Positions 35,956 through 48,575 of a stretch of 64,000 bases of DNA are shown piece after piece (the stretch's first letter is position 1; every line of letters starts with the position of its first letter). Under the pieces are notes generated by a model. It saw only the letters and a program-made list of their open reading frames with translations, did no database searches and was not told the DNA's origin. The stretch covers positions 60,884,001-60,948,000 of the forward strand of contig CM097887.1 of NCBI GenBank assembly GCA_044892525.1, given 5' to 3'. The position numbers and the translations under genes were made by a program. This DNA comes from Schmidtea polychroa (Eukaryota).

Positions 35956-38046
35956 ATGGTTATCAAACGTAAGAATTGGTCATATTATTTATTTTTATAT
36001 TTGCATTTGTTTCTATATTAATTAATTTGTTATTTTTTGAATTATTTAAAAATTATGGAAAATAGTAAGATGATTTTTATACGTTATGCTTACTAAAAAT
36101 AAATATTATACAACCTTATTTAATGTTGATATGACAAATTTTAAACTTATATTAGGAACTAGATCATCGGTTGTTAAATCAACACCAACTAGATCTACTC
36201 CGCAGAAACGAAGACAAGATTCTGTTGGTGGCATACAGAAAAAAGCTAAATGTAAAATACAGAAAATGTTTTTTATTTAATTTTGATTTAGTTGATTTGT
36301 CATACGTTGAGGAGGAATGTAAAAGAACATTTATTACGCATATTCCTTCTTTTGTTATGTCAATGGGTAGTGGTGATACTGGTCAATTAGGTCTCGGCGA
36401 AGACGTTATGGAGAAGAAACGACCCACTCTTATTTCAAATTTAAATGATATAGTTGAAGTTCGTGCCGGTGGAATGCATTCAATTTGTTTGTCAAAAAGT
36501 GGGAAAGTATATACATTTGGTTGTAATGATGAAGAAGCGTTGGGTAGAAAAATAGTCGAAGATGAAGAAGCAACAGTTCCAGGTGAAGTTAAATTACCAG
36601 ATGATATTAAAGTTATTGATGTGAGTTTTTATTTTAAAATTAATTTTTATACGTGGATTATTTGATATATTATTAAATTTTCAGATAACTGCTGGTGATA
36701 ATCACAGTTCCATTTTAACCGATGATGGCAAAGTTTATATTTGGGGTAGTTTCAGAGATAATAACGGTCTAATCGGACTATTGAAACCGTTTGAGAAGTT
36801 ACCAACAGCAACACTAGTTCCGGTTGATAAGAAAATCATCAAAATTGCATCGGGAGAGAATCATTTTGCTATGCTTTCGGATAATGGGGAAATTTTTACA
36901 TTTGGTTGTGCGGAACAAGGTCAACTTGGTCGAGTAAGTCCGAATAATTTAGTGCGAGGCGGTCGAGGGGGGTTGTCACCGTTATTGATTCCTGGGTTAG
37001 TCAGAGTTCGCCATTCGGTAAAATTCTGTGATTTATGGGCGGGTTCTTTTTGCACCATCGCCAAATCGACCACTGGGGAAATATATGGATGCGGATTGAA
37101 TAATTACAAGCAATTAGGAGTCGAGGAAGATCTCGTTCAGTTAATGATGACGAGTTTGGGAGAATTCAATAATCTGAAAGAAGATTGGAAGAAATTTGCA
37201 TTCGGTCAACATCATACAGTTGCGCTTAGTGCGTCTAATCGAATTTACGTCATCGGTAGAGGAGAATATGGCAATCTCGGACAGGGTGACAATGAGCACA
37301 GAACAAAAGCTACCGAAGTGAAGTTGGATTCTAACGACGTTTTAACAGTCGCAGCTTGTAATCGAACTTCTTATGCATTGATGAACGATGGAACGGTTTA
37401 TTCCTGGGGTATGGGTAGTAGTTACCAATTGGGTCACGGTGATGACGAGGACGTCAATGTGCCAACGAAAATGGTTGGTAAACAGGTCTCGGAGAAGAAA
37501 ATCATTGAAATAAGCCCCGGCTTCCAGCATGTACTATTCAGGGCTATTGATAGGGACACGGTTCAATATGATGGCAAAATCGATGATGTTGCTGAAAACT
37601 CGAACGAAAAATTGGAGCCGGCTAAGCATCAAAATCTGGAATCATCAAACCAAATGGAAGTTGAAATTACTGTAACGGAACCTGAAATTTCTCCCATTCC
37701 AATAGAAACAGAAATTCTCGATGAAACAATCAACCCAGAAGATAAAGAAGAAAAATCAATAATTATTGAAGAATCAACGCCGTTGTTGATGGAAACTGTT
37801 CCAGAAGTACCAGTCACAGATCCTAAAGAAAAATTGGAAACAGTTCCCGAAGAGGAAGCAACATTAATTTTCACAGAAGAGGAGAAATCGCTAACTGCCG
37901 AGGAACCGAAGCCGGTGGAATTGGAAGCGTTTCCTGAAACCGTACAAGCAGTTACCGAAGAAAAAGAATCGGATAAAAGTGAAATAAATGATACAAACAA
38001 CAATGACCTTGATCAGATGGAAGTTGACGGGAACCAAGAGAGCTGA
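35956..38046 (+). CDS. RCC1: Regulator of chromosome condensation 1 (RanGEF); exons 35956-35968, 36156-36251, 36292-36620, 36685-38046; 599 aa
   Basis: GT/AG introns of consistent phase. Basic NLS-like N-terminus (MVIKRTRSS...QKRRQD...KKAK), then RCC1 repeats GSGDTGQLGLG, AGGMHSICL, GCNDEEALGR, TAGDNHS...WGSFRDNNG, SGENHF, GCAEQGQLGR, GLNNYKQLG, FGQHHT, GRGEYGNLG, WGMGSSYQLG, PGFQHVL, then a ~160-aa acidic tail. Confidence 0.92.
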
Positions 38047-40289
38047 ATTCGACCTTTTACCTTGGCTGCAAATAAAAATTTATTGTGAAATCTTTATTTA
38101 ATTATCTAAATAAAATTAACAATTTAATTTGATCTTTCAAATGAATTTTATTCGTATAATTTGCTGTTGGATTGTTTGTGGCTTTTATGTTTACATTTCA
38201 ACCAATTGTATCTTAGATTGTCAATCAACATTTGTAATTTTATTTAAAATATTACTAGGAAAACAATTCTGAATGTCTGATAAATATGAAACAAAATATT
38301 GATCCATAACTTTGAAAAAATCAATATAAGAGAAATCGAAAAAATCAATAGTGAAATTTTTAGTTATAGAATTTTACTTTTAAAAAAGTTATGCTTGAAA
38401 ATTATTGATTAAGTAAATTTCTGTAAAATTTAATGGACTCTTAATTTCTATTGGTCAGCTTGAGTTTTACTAAAAACAAAGATCTTGTATTTAGTAGTAG
38501 CAATTCCACCATGTTTATTTCTTATATATTGTACTGTAGTTGATTTCATTGGCATATTGAATGCGCCACTAGTTAAATACAAGTTGCATGTACAATGCGC
38601 TTAGGTTACATAACTGCTATTTTTATACGGCTCTCAGATGGATATTAAAACATACATTCGAACAAGTAAGAGAGTGACACAAGTAATCAAATGTTCTAGT
38701 AACAATTTGTAATAAACATTATTTACAGTTATTTTATATAATTTTAAAGCTACAAAGCACAAAAAAGTGGTGTAACCTCGTAACAACTTTACCAAATTTT
38801 GATGTGGCAGCTAACGTGTTAGGTTAAAAAAAATTGTAATAACACGTTAAACACTAATTCTTATTTATTTGAACTTCATTATCGATTATGTCCCAATTTA
38901 AACAAGCTGGTTAAAACCTCAACCAAAAGCGTCACAATTCTGTGATATAATACATTTATCAGCAAAGTTACTATTAATTTTAAGTTAATAAATAAAATTT
39001 TAAGGTCTTCTCTGTCAGCTGAATATTTTCAAATAAAACACGTTTCGAAATGATTTAAGCAAATTTAAATTAATATAAATATGCTTGTATAAGAAATAAA
39101 ATACAATTTAAAACTAGCTTTGTTTTATTAATTACATTTTATATTTATTATATAAATTTTAACATTTGCAAGCATTTATAAAATGTTTTATCTATTGGTG
39201 TATCAATTTCGAATTAAGCTGAATATAGGGTATTTTAGATAAATTTAATTGTTCATTGAATATTTTTATATGAAAAGTGTCTCAAAGTATTGCTTGTTTT
39301 TACCTTAACTGTTACACTGCTGAAATTCATAAGGATTTTTCAATACAGTTCATTAAATGCTACTCATTTTTTGGTGATTTTGTTCGCACGAGTTGTTTCC
39401 AACCAGAAACAATTTCTACCACTTCCAAAAATTTTGCTCCAATTCGAGTAATACGGCTGACTGAAACATCTCACAACAGATGCTTTTCTTGCTCGGTTTT
39501 AATTTTTTAGTACTCTTCTGTGTTTGCAAGGTAAATTTGTATTGAATTTAATATCACTCTTCTGTAGCTATGACAAAATTCTCTTATAATTGAGACGAGT
39601 TTCATTTAATTTAAGTTATAAGTCTTCAAGTATAGATAACCATTATCGAATTTTTCAATTAGAATTTGTAAATCTTTTCCTATAGATTTGGAGGATTAGA
39701 TACTTAAAAATCACCATCCTAACGTTTCTATTGTTGGATTTATGATTTTTCGAAAGCATCATAAACCAATTGTTCTAATTCAAATATTTAAAATGTAAAC
39801 ATTTATTAAATTACAAACATTTCATAATTTTGATTTAAATTTTAACGGAAGTCACCTTTCAAATATTTTAGTGGAACATCAATCTTCATATAGAAAATTT
39901 ACTTATTTTGCAATAAACTATTAGATAATCGAATTTTCTTAAATGCGATACTACGAAGATCATGGCATATTTATTCCAAAATGTTGAATCTGGAATTAAT
40001 TTTCACAGAAAGAGAAATGAATTAAATGGCGGCTTTATCTGACAATATAATCTTTACTTGTTAATATTTGAACTTTCATTTTAATCAAAATGATTGACTT
40101 ATTTATATTTTGGAATTCATGCATCCTAAGCTTTCCACATCATCTTAGCATTAATAGATTTGTTTAGGTTGTTTAAATTAAAATTATTATAATTTTCATA
40201 TAATTAAAAAGGTGAATATTGAAAAATTCGAAATCAAGAGATCAGTAAATCATTGAATATAAATTTGAAAAAAGGTCAGATGCAAATGA

Positions 40290-42003
40290 GATGTTGTGGA
40301 AGATCATGTTGAGGATGGATTTATCACAACATGTTCAGAGAGGGTCGAAATGCAAGCAAAAGTACAAAAACAGAAAATCGTTAATTAATTAAAGGAAACC
40401 CGAGCTAAGTAAACAAAGTTATTTGGGAAAACCATTATCATGACATTATGAGTACCGTATTTTAGCGGATATAGCGCGCCCCCGCGTAAAACGCGTATCC
40501 CTGTATACCGCGCGGATTTTATTGTATGTGTAAATACAAATTTGTATAACGCGCCCTGGCCTATAGCGCGCACCTACCTGATGCTGGTAAATTTCCAAAA
40601 ATGCGGTTTAGTATACTTATTAATTATTCTCCATAAATTTTGTTTGTAAAATAATTCATAATCTCAATATTAAACAGCGTTACATTCCTTGTTTGTTTAT
40701 TGTTGCTGTTTGCATCACGTATTATTAATCACAAGACTCCGCGACAAAACAAGCCGAGTCATAAATTTAAAGTTCAGCGATGTAACAAACCACATGTGAA
40801 ATTCGTTTAATTTTATTGTCTGGGTTGTCGGCGTGTGATGACGTCATCAGCCTGATAAATTGCCACGTGGTTAGATCCGTTTAAAACTATTGGTCTTACT
40901 CCAACGGCTGACAAAATAATACAACGAATTCTCTGTTCTCATAGCACAATATAAACTCATGATATTTTAAAACCCATCATAAATTATTCGATATGCCTAA
41001 AAGAAAGTCTTACACAGCTTATTTTAAGCTTCAGGTGATTAAGTATGCGAAGGAGAAGGGAAATAGAGCTTGAGGATGGCGGAGATTAAAACAGCAACAA
41101 GTTACTGAAATGACATGTGGGATCAAAAATAAATAAAAAAACATCGAAGTTTTATTTATTATATCTATAAAAAAAATTTAATATAAGATAACGTGAACAT
41201 TAAAATTTATAATTTCTTTATTTCTATTTGTTTTCCTGACGTGTCAATACGAACAATGCAACTCCGGCTGGCGCCATTCGATCCATATTAAACACAAACT
41301 CGGTATCTGAAACATTGCTACATAACAGAAATAAATAGCAAATTATTATTTAATATTATAAAAATAAAATAATTTGTTTAACTAAAAGTAAATCTGGTTG
41401 CAATCAAACGTAACATTAAAACCGATGGTAGGGTTACTGTCACATCATAAAAATATTTCCACTGGCAATGCCGCCACGTGTAAAATATAAATCATAGAGC
41501 GCGCACCCACAGATACCGCGCATGGGGGGTCCGCGGTTTGTAAAAATGCGTATAACGCGCGCTAGGCAAAAATTGTCAAATAGAAATGACTTAGTAAAAC
41601 GCAATAAATCAATATAGATTATTTCAATTGTTTGAAGGAACCCAAAATTAGAAATAAAAGGCATATTACCTCAAGTAAGGACGAACAATTGACAGTAGGA
41701 TTAAAAGGAATATTTAAGTCAGAAGATATAATTAATGAAAGAGAAAATAAAATAATCAAATTAAGTCAAAGAATTAAAGAATTGATGTGATTATTATTGC
41801 AGGACGCGTGGAACCAAAGCCGTCGCAACGAGACCTATCGAATAATCATTTTTATTGCTATATTCGGGGTTTTGTGGATTATAGATTGTACTTTAGGATT
41901 TAAATATAAATATACGTTGGGTATTGTTTGTCTAATTGCTTCTTATAGAACATGTGAAGTCAGAGACACCGAGTAAAATATTTACTTAATTGAAAACCCA
42001 AAA
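40290..42003 (+). mobile_element. BEL/Pao-type LTR copy 3, split by a pogo-like insertion (approximate ends)
   Basis: TTAATTAATTAAAGGAAACCCGAGC at ~40381 and AAATATACGTTGGGTA...GTCAGAG...GAAAACCCAA at ~41908-42003 match copy 4 (60900-61556). Confidence 0.45.
40455..41555 (+). mobile_element. Internally deleted pogo-like (POGK/Brinker-DBD type) transposon
   Basis: Left end TA|CCGTATTTTAGCGGATATAGCGCGC with repeated TATAGCGCGC subterminal motifs. At 40993 the frame reads MPKRKSYTAYFKLQVIKYAKEKGNRA* (Brinker-type DNA-binding start). Right TIR truncated. Confidence 0.65.
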
Positions 42004-42179
42004 GATTCATATATTTTTTTTCAAATTCCATCTGTTTCCACACTCCCCTCGAAATATCTTGATTTTTACTCTCGCGATTCAATCAATTAATTTACAAAAC
42101 CCTAAAATTTTAATTTCATTCCTATTTTAAATTTGGTCTTATTTACAGTGGTTTGGAGTTTACAGACTACATTAATTAA

Positions 42180-42500
42180 CATTCGATAAGGTGTAATTTG
42201 TTATTCAACTCCAGTTTTTTTGGCGTTTAGGTAGAAGATAAGCAGACTAATTGAAGGGTTTTGGCTCTTTAAACAAACGCCCATGACTTGCGAACTTTCG
42301 ACCAGTGTATCCATGACTACTGTAATGTTGGTACTGTACACTGTCGTTGAAAAACAGTGGGCAGGTGAGCTGCTGTCTTACAACTGCTGTCCCTCGATTT
42401 CAAGTGGGTTCACGACGGCCGTTAGATGTCTTAAGTCCAGTTGATCGTCTTTTTTTGATCTCAAGGTGGTAATATTCGTCACGTTACTCATAATTCTAAG
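42180..42500. repeat. Diverged homolog of the U5-side end of the big element's LTR
   Basis: ATGTTGGTACTGTACAC (42325-42341) is identical to 12862-12878 and GCAGGTGAGCT (42361-42371) to 12899-12909. Patchy collinear similarity flanks both motifs. Confidence 0.6.
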
Positions 42501-42932
42501 GAGTACCCCTGTCGTTCCAGTTTCATTTTAATTACCTTTATTAAAATGAAATTACTAAGTCAGAAAATTATATTAACAAGACATCAAGGAAAAGAAAAAT
42601 GGTAGCCACAAATACAAGCCAAGATGGAACAGATACACTTGGATTGTCCCAAATGAGCGAGAGCACTTCACCAGTCATTTCCTTTTTATATTGACCAGCA
42701 GGCGTCTAACTCGAATTTAATGTCCTCTGTCGATAGTAGATACACCTCTTCAGACAGTTCCAAAGTAAGCTCCGGAAGGTTGATGATGGTACACAATAGG
42801 TTTAGCTCGGAGGCTTTTCTTGCTCGCTTCTCCGCATTTCTTTCTGTTTTAGATAAATTGCGCCTCTTAGGCTTGTGTACCGAAGGTGCCCAAGTGGGAC
42901 AATCAAATCTATGAGTGGTGCCACCATGAGAG

Positions 42933-43269
42933 CAATGTTCCCTCTAAGCCATAAGCAGCAGTGCGCGCAAAGTCAGCTGCGCTGAGCAGCCTTTAAATAC
43001 AAATGAGCGTCAAAATGCTATAACGTGGTTGTAAGAGTTTTAAAACGACACTGTATTCTATAACTGTAGCGACTATGTTGAAAACTAAGTAGATAACCGG
43101 TCTTCGCTGCTGGTGGTCCATTTACATCGACAATTTCCGAGTGCTTTTACTAGGAACAACTGCCATGAAACGGTTGAATTAAATATACTGCGCTGAAAAT
43201 AATTTTGCTGTGCTGGGGAGTTGGAGGTGCTGCGCGCGCACACACACGCGCAGCTTAGAGGGAACGTTG
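42933..43269. mobile_element. hAT MITE (337 bp)
   Basis: TIR CAATGTTCCCTCTAAGC / GCTTAGAGGGAACGTTG with a perfect 8-bp TSD CATGAGAG (42925-42932, 43270-43277). Confidence 0.92.
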
Positions 43270-44134
43270 CATGAGAGTTATGCTTGCTTTGGCCAGGGTT
43301 GGAACAGAAGAAGAGGTCGCCAACGAAGAACAACCGGTACAAGATATTTGGAGCATTAGTTCGGACATCAGTTAATGGACTGTGGTGACGTTGTCTGTTG
43401 AGATTGCTCCTGTATCAAGGTTCTTTGGGCTCTGTTCTCTGTGTTCAAGCTATCACGGCAGTGCTTTAGTCAATGGATCTTCTTATCACTTTCCTTTATC
43501 ACGAGGGGGTTGAACCGGGTTTCATCCAGATGGTAAATTTTAGCTTCGAAGAGCCGGATCTTTTCCTGCCTCATGCGGATGACCTCGTTCTTGTCAGAAC
43601 ACAAGAAGCACCACCTTAAAGGTTGTGTTTGATTGTGCATTGAATTCTATAATAAATACAAGATAAAATTTTATTGGAATAGTTAACTTTCATGAAAACT
43701 ATCAATATTTATTGAGAGGACTGAATCAATAAGTAAACCTAGTTGGGTCGAGATTACAAGAAGGGAACAGCCGAGTTCGGTGACGATGACGAGAAAATCT
43801 GTACTTCTTCTATTTACTTTAAAAGTCGCGCTCGTTTAATAAGTAATACATGGGAAATGTCTTCGCAAAATAAATGATGTACGGGCCACTGGGTTGGTTT
43901 GCCCCAAGTCACGATAAAAACTAAAATCCGTGTTGAATTTGTTCAATTAAACGAGGATCGACGCAACACAATTGGCAAACGTGATTAAGTGACACTTCCT
44001 GAATAATAGGTTAGGGATTTGTGAAATCTTGTAGTACAAATTTGGAAGATTTGCATTTCGAATTTGTTAGAAGATTTAATACTTTTCATTAATTGAAAGA
44101 GATTTCTAACTGTTAACTAATCATTTCGACTTCG

Positions 44135-44658
44135 TTGTCGATGAGGCTGCCCTGAGATCAGCTTGAAATTATCGAACTTTCAACCAATTCTCAGCATTCA
44201 GATTATTTTTTAAACTGTTCTCATTGATGAATTCTATGCTTTTCTAAATGATGAGAAATATCCACAGCTAAAGCATTTCGCTAAAAAGTTATTGATGCAC
44301 TTTGGCTCTATTTATATTTGTGAACAGACATTTTCAAATCTAAATTAAGAAGTGCCATATCAGATGAAAACCTTGAAACAGTACTTAGAATTGCGACCTC
44401 AAAGATATCCTGATTACAATTTACTTACAGCTCAAATTCAATTACATAGTTCTCAGTAAATGAACAATTAAAAGGTAATTATAAGTAGTATCATATTAAT
44501 TAAAAGTATTACTGAATTCTTAGGTTTATAATAATAAAGTGTTTTCATAGTTACCTGTTCTTTTAAAGCTTTAACGCTAATAGTTGGTATATGGCTCCAA
44601 ATAGTTTTTTTCTAAAGTCAAAAAGTACCCCACTAGGTCTCAAATTTGGCCACCTCTG
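44135..44658 (+). pseudogene. hAT (Charlie/SPIN, GTF2IRD2-like) transposase 3' remnant with right TIR
   Basis: QLEIIELSTN...EFYAFLNDEKYPQLKHFAKKLLMHFGSIYICEQTFS...RSAISDENLETVLRIATS with frameshifts. Ends in TTTGGCCACCTCTG. Confidence 0.75.
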
Positions 44659-44819
44659 TTATAAAATTTAACATTATAATCATTATTATTATAAACCTTA
44701 TTATTATATTTATTGTGATTATAGATATTGTTGTTAAGATTAGTATTGATGTAATTATACTTATTATAATTATTTTTATTCCAATTATTAATATGATAAC
44801 TTTTTATTATGATCGTTAT

Positions 44820-45245
44820 CAGTGCTCGAAGTGAGGCGGGATAGCCGGGATATTATCCCGGCATTGATTATGTAGGCGGAATTGCATCCCGGCACTTCAT
44901 TTCATATAATCTATAGGTTTATCCCGGTACTTATTTCATTTTATAGGCACACAAATACTGCAATTAAGGTCACACATAGTACATCCATATATGTATGTAT
45001 ATATATATTCTTTATTCTCTATTCTCTATTCAATTAAGAATTTCCCAAGCAGCAGTAATGGATAGGTAGGTATATTCTGAAACTTATGATTAAATGGGTG
45101 GACACCCCCCCCAAAAAAAAAATTTGTTGGACACCCCCAAAAGTTTTGCAACACCCCCAACTGAAAATTTCTGCATAAAAGCCTGGAATCCCGGGTGCCA
45201 CAGCATGCCTATCCCGGCACATATTTTGTTCCACTTCGAGCACTG
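44820..45245. mobile_element. hAT MITE (426 bp)
   Basis: Perfect 14-bp TIR CAGTGCTCGAAGTG / CACTTCGAGCACTG with an 8-bp TSD ATCGTTAT (44812-44819, 45246-45253) and ATCCCGGCA subterminal repeats. Confidence 0.92.
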
Positions 45246-45404
45246 ATCGTTATTATTATTATTATTACATCTACAATTGGTATAATTATTATTGTGATGA
45301 TTATTGACATTATGGTTCTTATTAAATAATTTGTCTGGACATGATGATGCCCACAATGTTATTGAATTACTATTTTGTCACATCACAAATCCAGCTAGGT
45401 TGCG

Positions 45405-48400
45405 TAGGGTGGGTCGAATGTTAATAAATTTTGAGTTCAAGAAAGGAAACATGGTTAAAAAGTTGTATTTTGGTATAGAAAAATCGAATCAAACCATTTT
45501 ACTTAGATTTATGGACATTTACTGCTCCCAACTTTTCTCCGAAAATGCAGTTCAACATAAGTGTGAAAACAATGTAATTTGGCTAGTGTCGGAATGTGTT
45601 TTGCGCCTTTGTCCATATTTAGATGTAGATTTCTTAAGAGCTTATAAGTATATTATTTACTCTCTTGGGCTGAGATAGTATATTCTGTGTCCTCATCCCG
45701 CATTGAAATATATCCTGACAACGTCAGTGATTAGGAAGGGCCAAATTTGAATTATCCTTTTCAAAGACAAAAATCAACTTTCGAAATTATTTTTTATTAA
45801 AAACATCCAGCCAAAAGTTTAGAAATGTATTAGCGAGGGCATAAAAAGAAGTCACATGAAATCAGCTTTGCTTTGCACCTTGGGCAATTCCTTCCTTGAT
45901 TTTTTACACAGTAGTACCATACCATGTCTGGACTTGTGACCAAACACTTTGCAACTGGCAGAAGAAACATCTTTGATGGCTCTTTCAACGGCTTGAGAAT
46001 GACAGGGAAATTGTTCTAATGTAATTTTCTTATTCATCTTCAATTCATGATCCAATATATGAGATAAAAGAGGGGGAGGCGTCAAATTACATTTTGTCCA
46101 GTCAATCATGTCAACATATGATGTAGCAGACGACTGAAGAAAGACAGTATTCTTGTCCATAGTGCGAATCACTTCGGAAGGGAGAAAATTTTGTCTTGCA
46201 GTTATGATTTTTTCTGTTGCAAACTTTCTGATTTCTTCATCATCATCACCAACAGCAGCTAGGAGTATATTTTCTGGATGTGAGAAGTAATTGTTGTTCT
46301 GAATGACAGGAAAGATGATTTCTTGGTCTGATGGATCCAAATCCTGCAGAAGTTGGAGCATATAAAAAATATTTCTTGCACCATCTTGGCATGACGAGTG
46401 AGTCTTTATATAAAACCATGACGGTCCATAAAAATTGACAATAAATTTCACTATTCGCATGAGAGGTTCAGATGGAGCAGTTTCGGACATATATAGTCGC
46501 AGAATTCTATTAGCTTTCGTTAGCCAGCGACTGTGATTCAAATTTCCTGGTTATGCCATTTGTAGAAAAGGGACATCCTTGTTGTTGTGGTACCCTTTCT
46601 GGACTGCCAAGCATACTCTGAGGAAATACAATTGATCAGTGTTCAATTCTTTCTTGACATTTTCACTAATATCTACGACCTTTCCAGGAAGGGACATAAA
46701 GGCTACTACGGGCTTGTCTTTTGGATCAAAATCAAGAACGCTTCCTATTTCACCACATGACGTTTTTGGACCTTTTGTTTCTCCACCATCGACGACTGAA
46801 AAATACTTCCTGAATGGCAATTCATTTGCATGCAACAAGCATATCAGCCATTGTAGAGGTCGCCCTAGGCTTTTTTCGAGTCTTCTGATTATTCCATTAT
46901 TTTTTCCGGTGTTTGTATTGGTTCCATCGCACACAATTGCTTGAAGGGTCAGTGAGGACTGCGTGCTAACGATGATTGACATGATTTCTTTGCCAATATC
47001 CACAGCTTTACTACTTTGAGGTACAACATGATCGATATATGTATCCCCTGGAAAGGCGACAATCACATAATGCTCCTCTTTTAGGATCCTTCTATGAAGT
47101 AAGGTGGAATCTTGTTTCCCGTCGAAACCGAGGCAAATCAAGTTTTTCGCTTCTGCTGAATGCTGTTCAATTTCTCTCTCCCTCCAGTACTTTCTCTGAC
47201 GCCGTAATTTTGCGGGATCGATGATTGTTTGAGAGGATAACAGTTCCATATCTTTCAGAAAAGCGTTTACTAGCAAACACGTGTCTCTGTTGCTCACACC
47301 ACATCTGTCAACAGCTTTACTTAATTTAGGATAATGTCTTCTATTTTGAAATTCATCACATTCTTCTACGCTTGACTCTGAGCTTTCTGTTGAATTGTCT
47401 AACTTATCTTTACTTTCATCACTAGCGGCTTCACTCTCCGTGTCACTTCTTGAGGTCGGATGTAGATCGTTAACTTCAGTGTCCATTATTTCATTTTTCA
47501 TTTGTTTTCCTTTTCCTGTAGGGCTGCTTTTCGTTTGTTTCTCTTCAATTTTGAGGTTTCCTGTCTGTCCGTATTTCCGATTTTCATGTTTCTGGTAGTT
47601 TGTTGGTCAATCCAGAACTCCCACTCTAAGGTAGGAATTTTCAAGGCCAATCGGCATGTACACTGACTTCTTCCACGAGCACCATCATTAAAACATTTGC
47701 AGCAACATATGTCAAACAATTTGGAAAACGAGCTTAACTTATCTTGAAATTTGGCAGATGACCTCTTGCATTCTGGATACTTCTCTAATTCACGCACTTT
47801 TGATATTAGTCGCTTGACACAAACCACAATACTACTGAACTCAACAGTTGGGATACTTGCCTTCATATAAATTTCCTTCACCTTATTTGCGAGAAGAGTT
47901 GCTTGTTCGTTAAAGCCAGTATGAAATTGCGTACATTTCTCATTGTAACAGTAATCACGAAACACATCTTCACAAGTAGGTAATTGGTTTCTGGGTAGTT
48001 CACAAGTTTGACCAAACAGACAATGACGTGATTTACTTCTTGTTTTGCGAAATTGCTTATTTCTCTGTCCCTTCATAACTGCTCTTCTGTACTCAGCTCT
48101 GGCAAAATAAAAGTGAATCATCAAGTTAACTTTTTTAATTAGGTCCAGCAAACACTTGACATCCAATCGAAACAAATTAAATTATCTGAGTTTAGATTGA
48201 CTAGTAGTATCCATGTGGATTATGTGTTGACTGTAGTGTGTGTGTTAGTATTGTTCAGAAGAAATTGTCTTTGTGAGTGCTTGTGTGAAGGTGCTTCCGT
48301 GAATTAACCTCTCTATACATGCACGCGTTAGCTTGGACTTGTGAATAGAGCATGTCAAAAATGGTCTTTCTGCAAGCGTGTGACTGCTTGCAGGATGAAT

Positions 48401-48575
48401 TTACAATGGCATGTGTGCGAGCATTTTTACTGGGATAGTACTAATACATACAAACAAAAGTTGGGACCTGTAAACCCTTTTAAACAGCAGTCTTTTGCAG
48501 GGATATTTCATTTTCTAGCATAAGCACAACTTTTTAGGCATGTTTGGAGAAAAAAAAAATTTTCGACCCACCCTA
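45405..48575 (-). mobile_element. hATm-like DNA transposon (~3.2 kb)
   Basis: Perfect 14-bp TIR TAGGGTGGGTCGAA (45405-45418) / TTCGACCCACCCTA (48562-48575) enclosing a transposase pseudogene. TSD not evident. Confidence 0.75.
45852..48076 (-). pseudogene. hATm-type transposase with one frameshift (~47500) and one in-frame stop (46551-46553)
   Basis: QLPTCEDV...YMKASIPTV...LFDICCCKC...IPTLEWEFWIDQ; ICLGFDGKQDSTL...EEHY...IVCDGTNTNTGKNNGIIRRLE..LGRPLQWLICLLHANELPFR; MA*PGNLNHSRWLTKANRILRLY...FPCHSQAVERAIKDVS. Confidence 0.85.

Noticed and set aside
37629-38003. 124-aa Ser-rich minus-strand ORF
   Set aside because: Antisense shadow of the RCC1 acidic tail.
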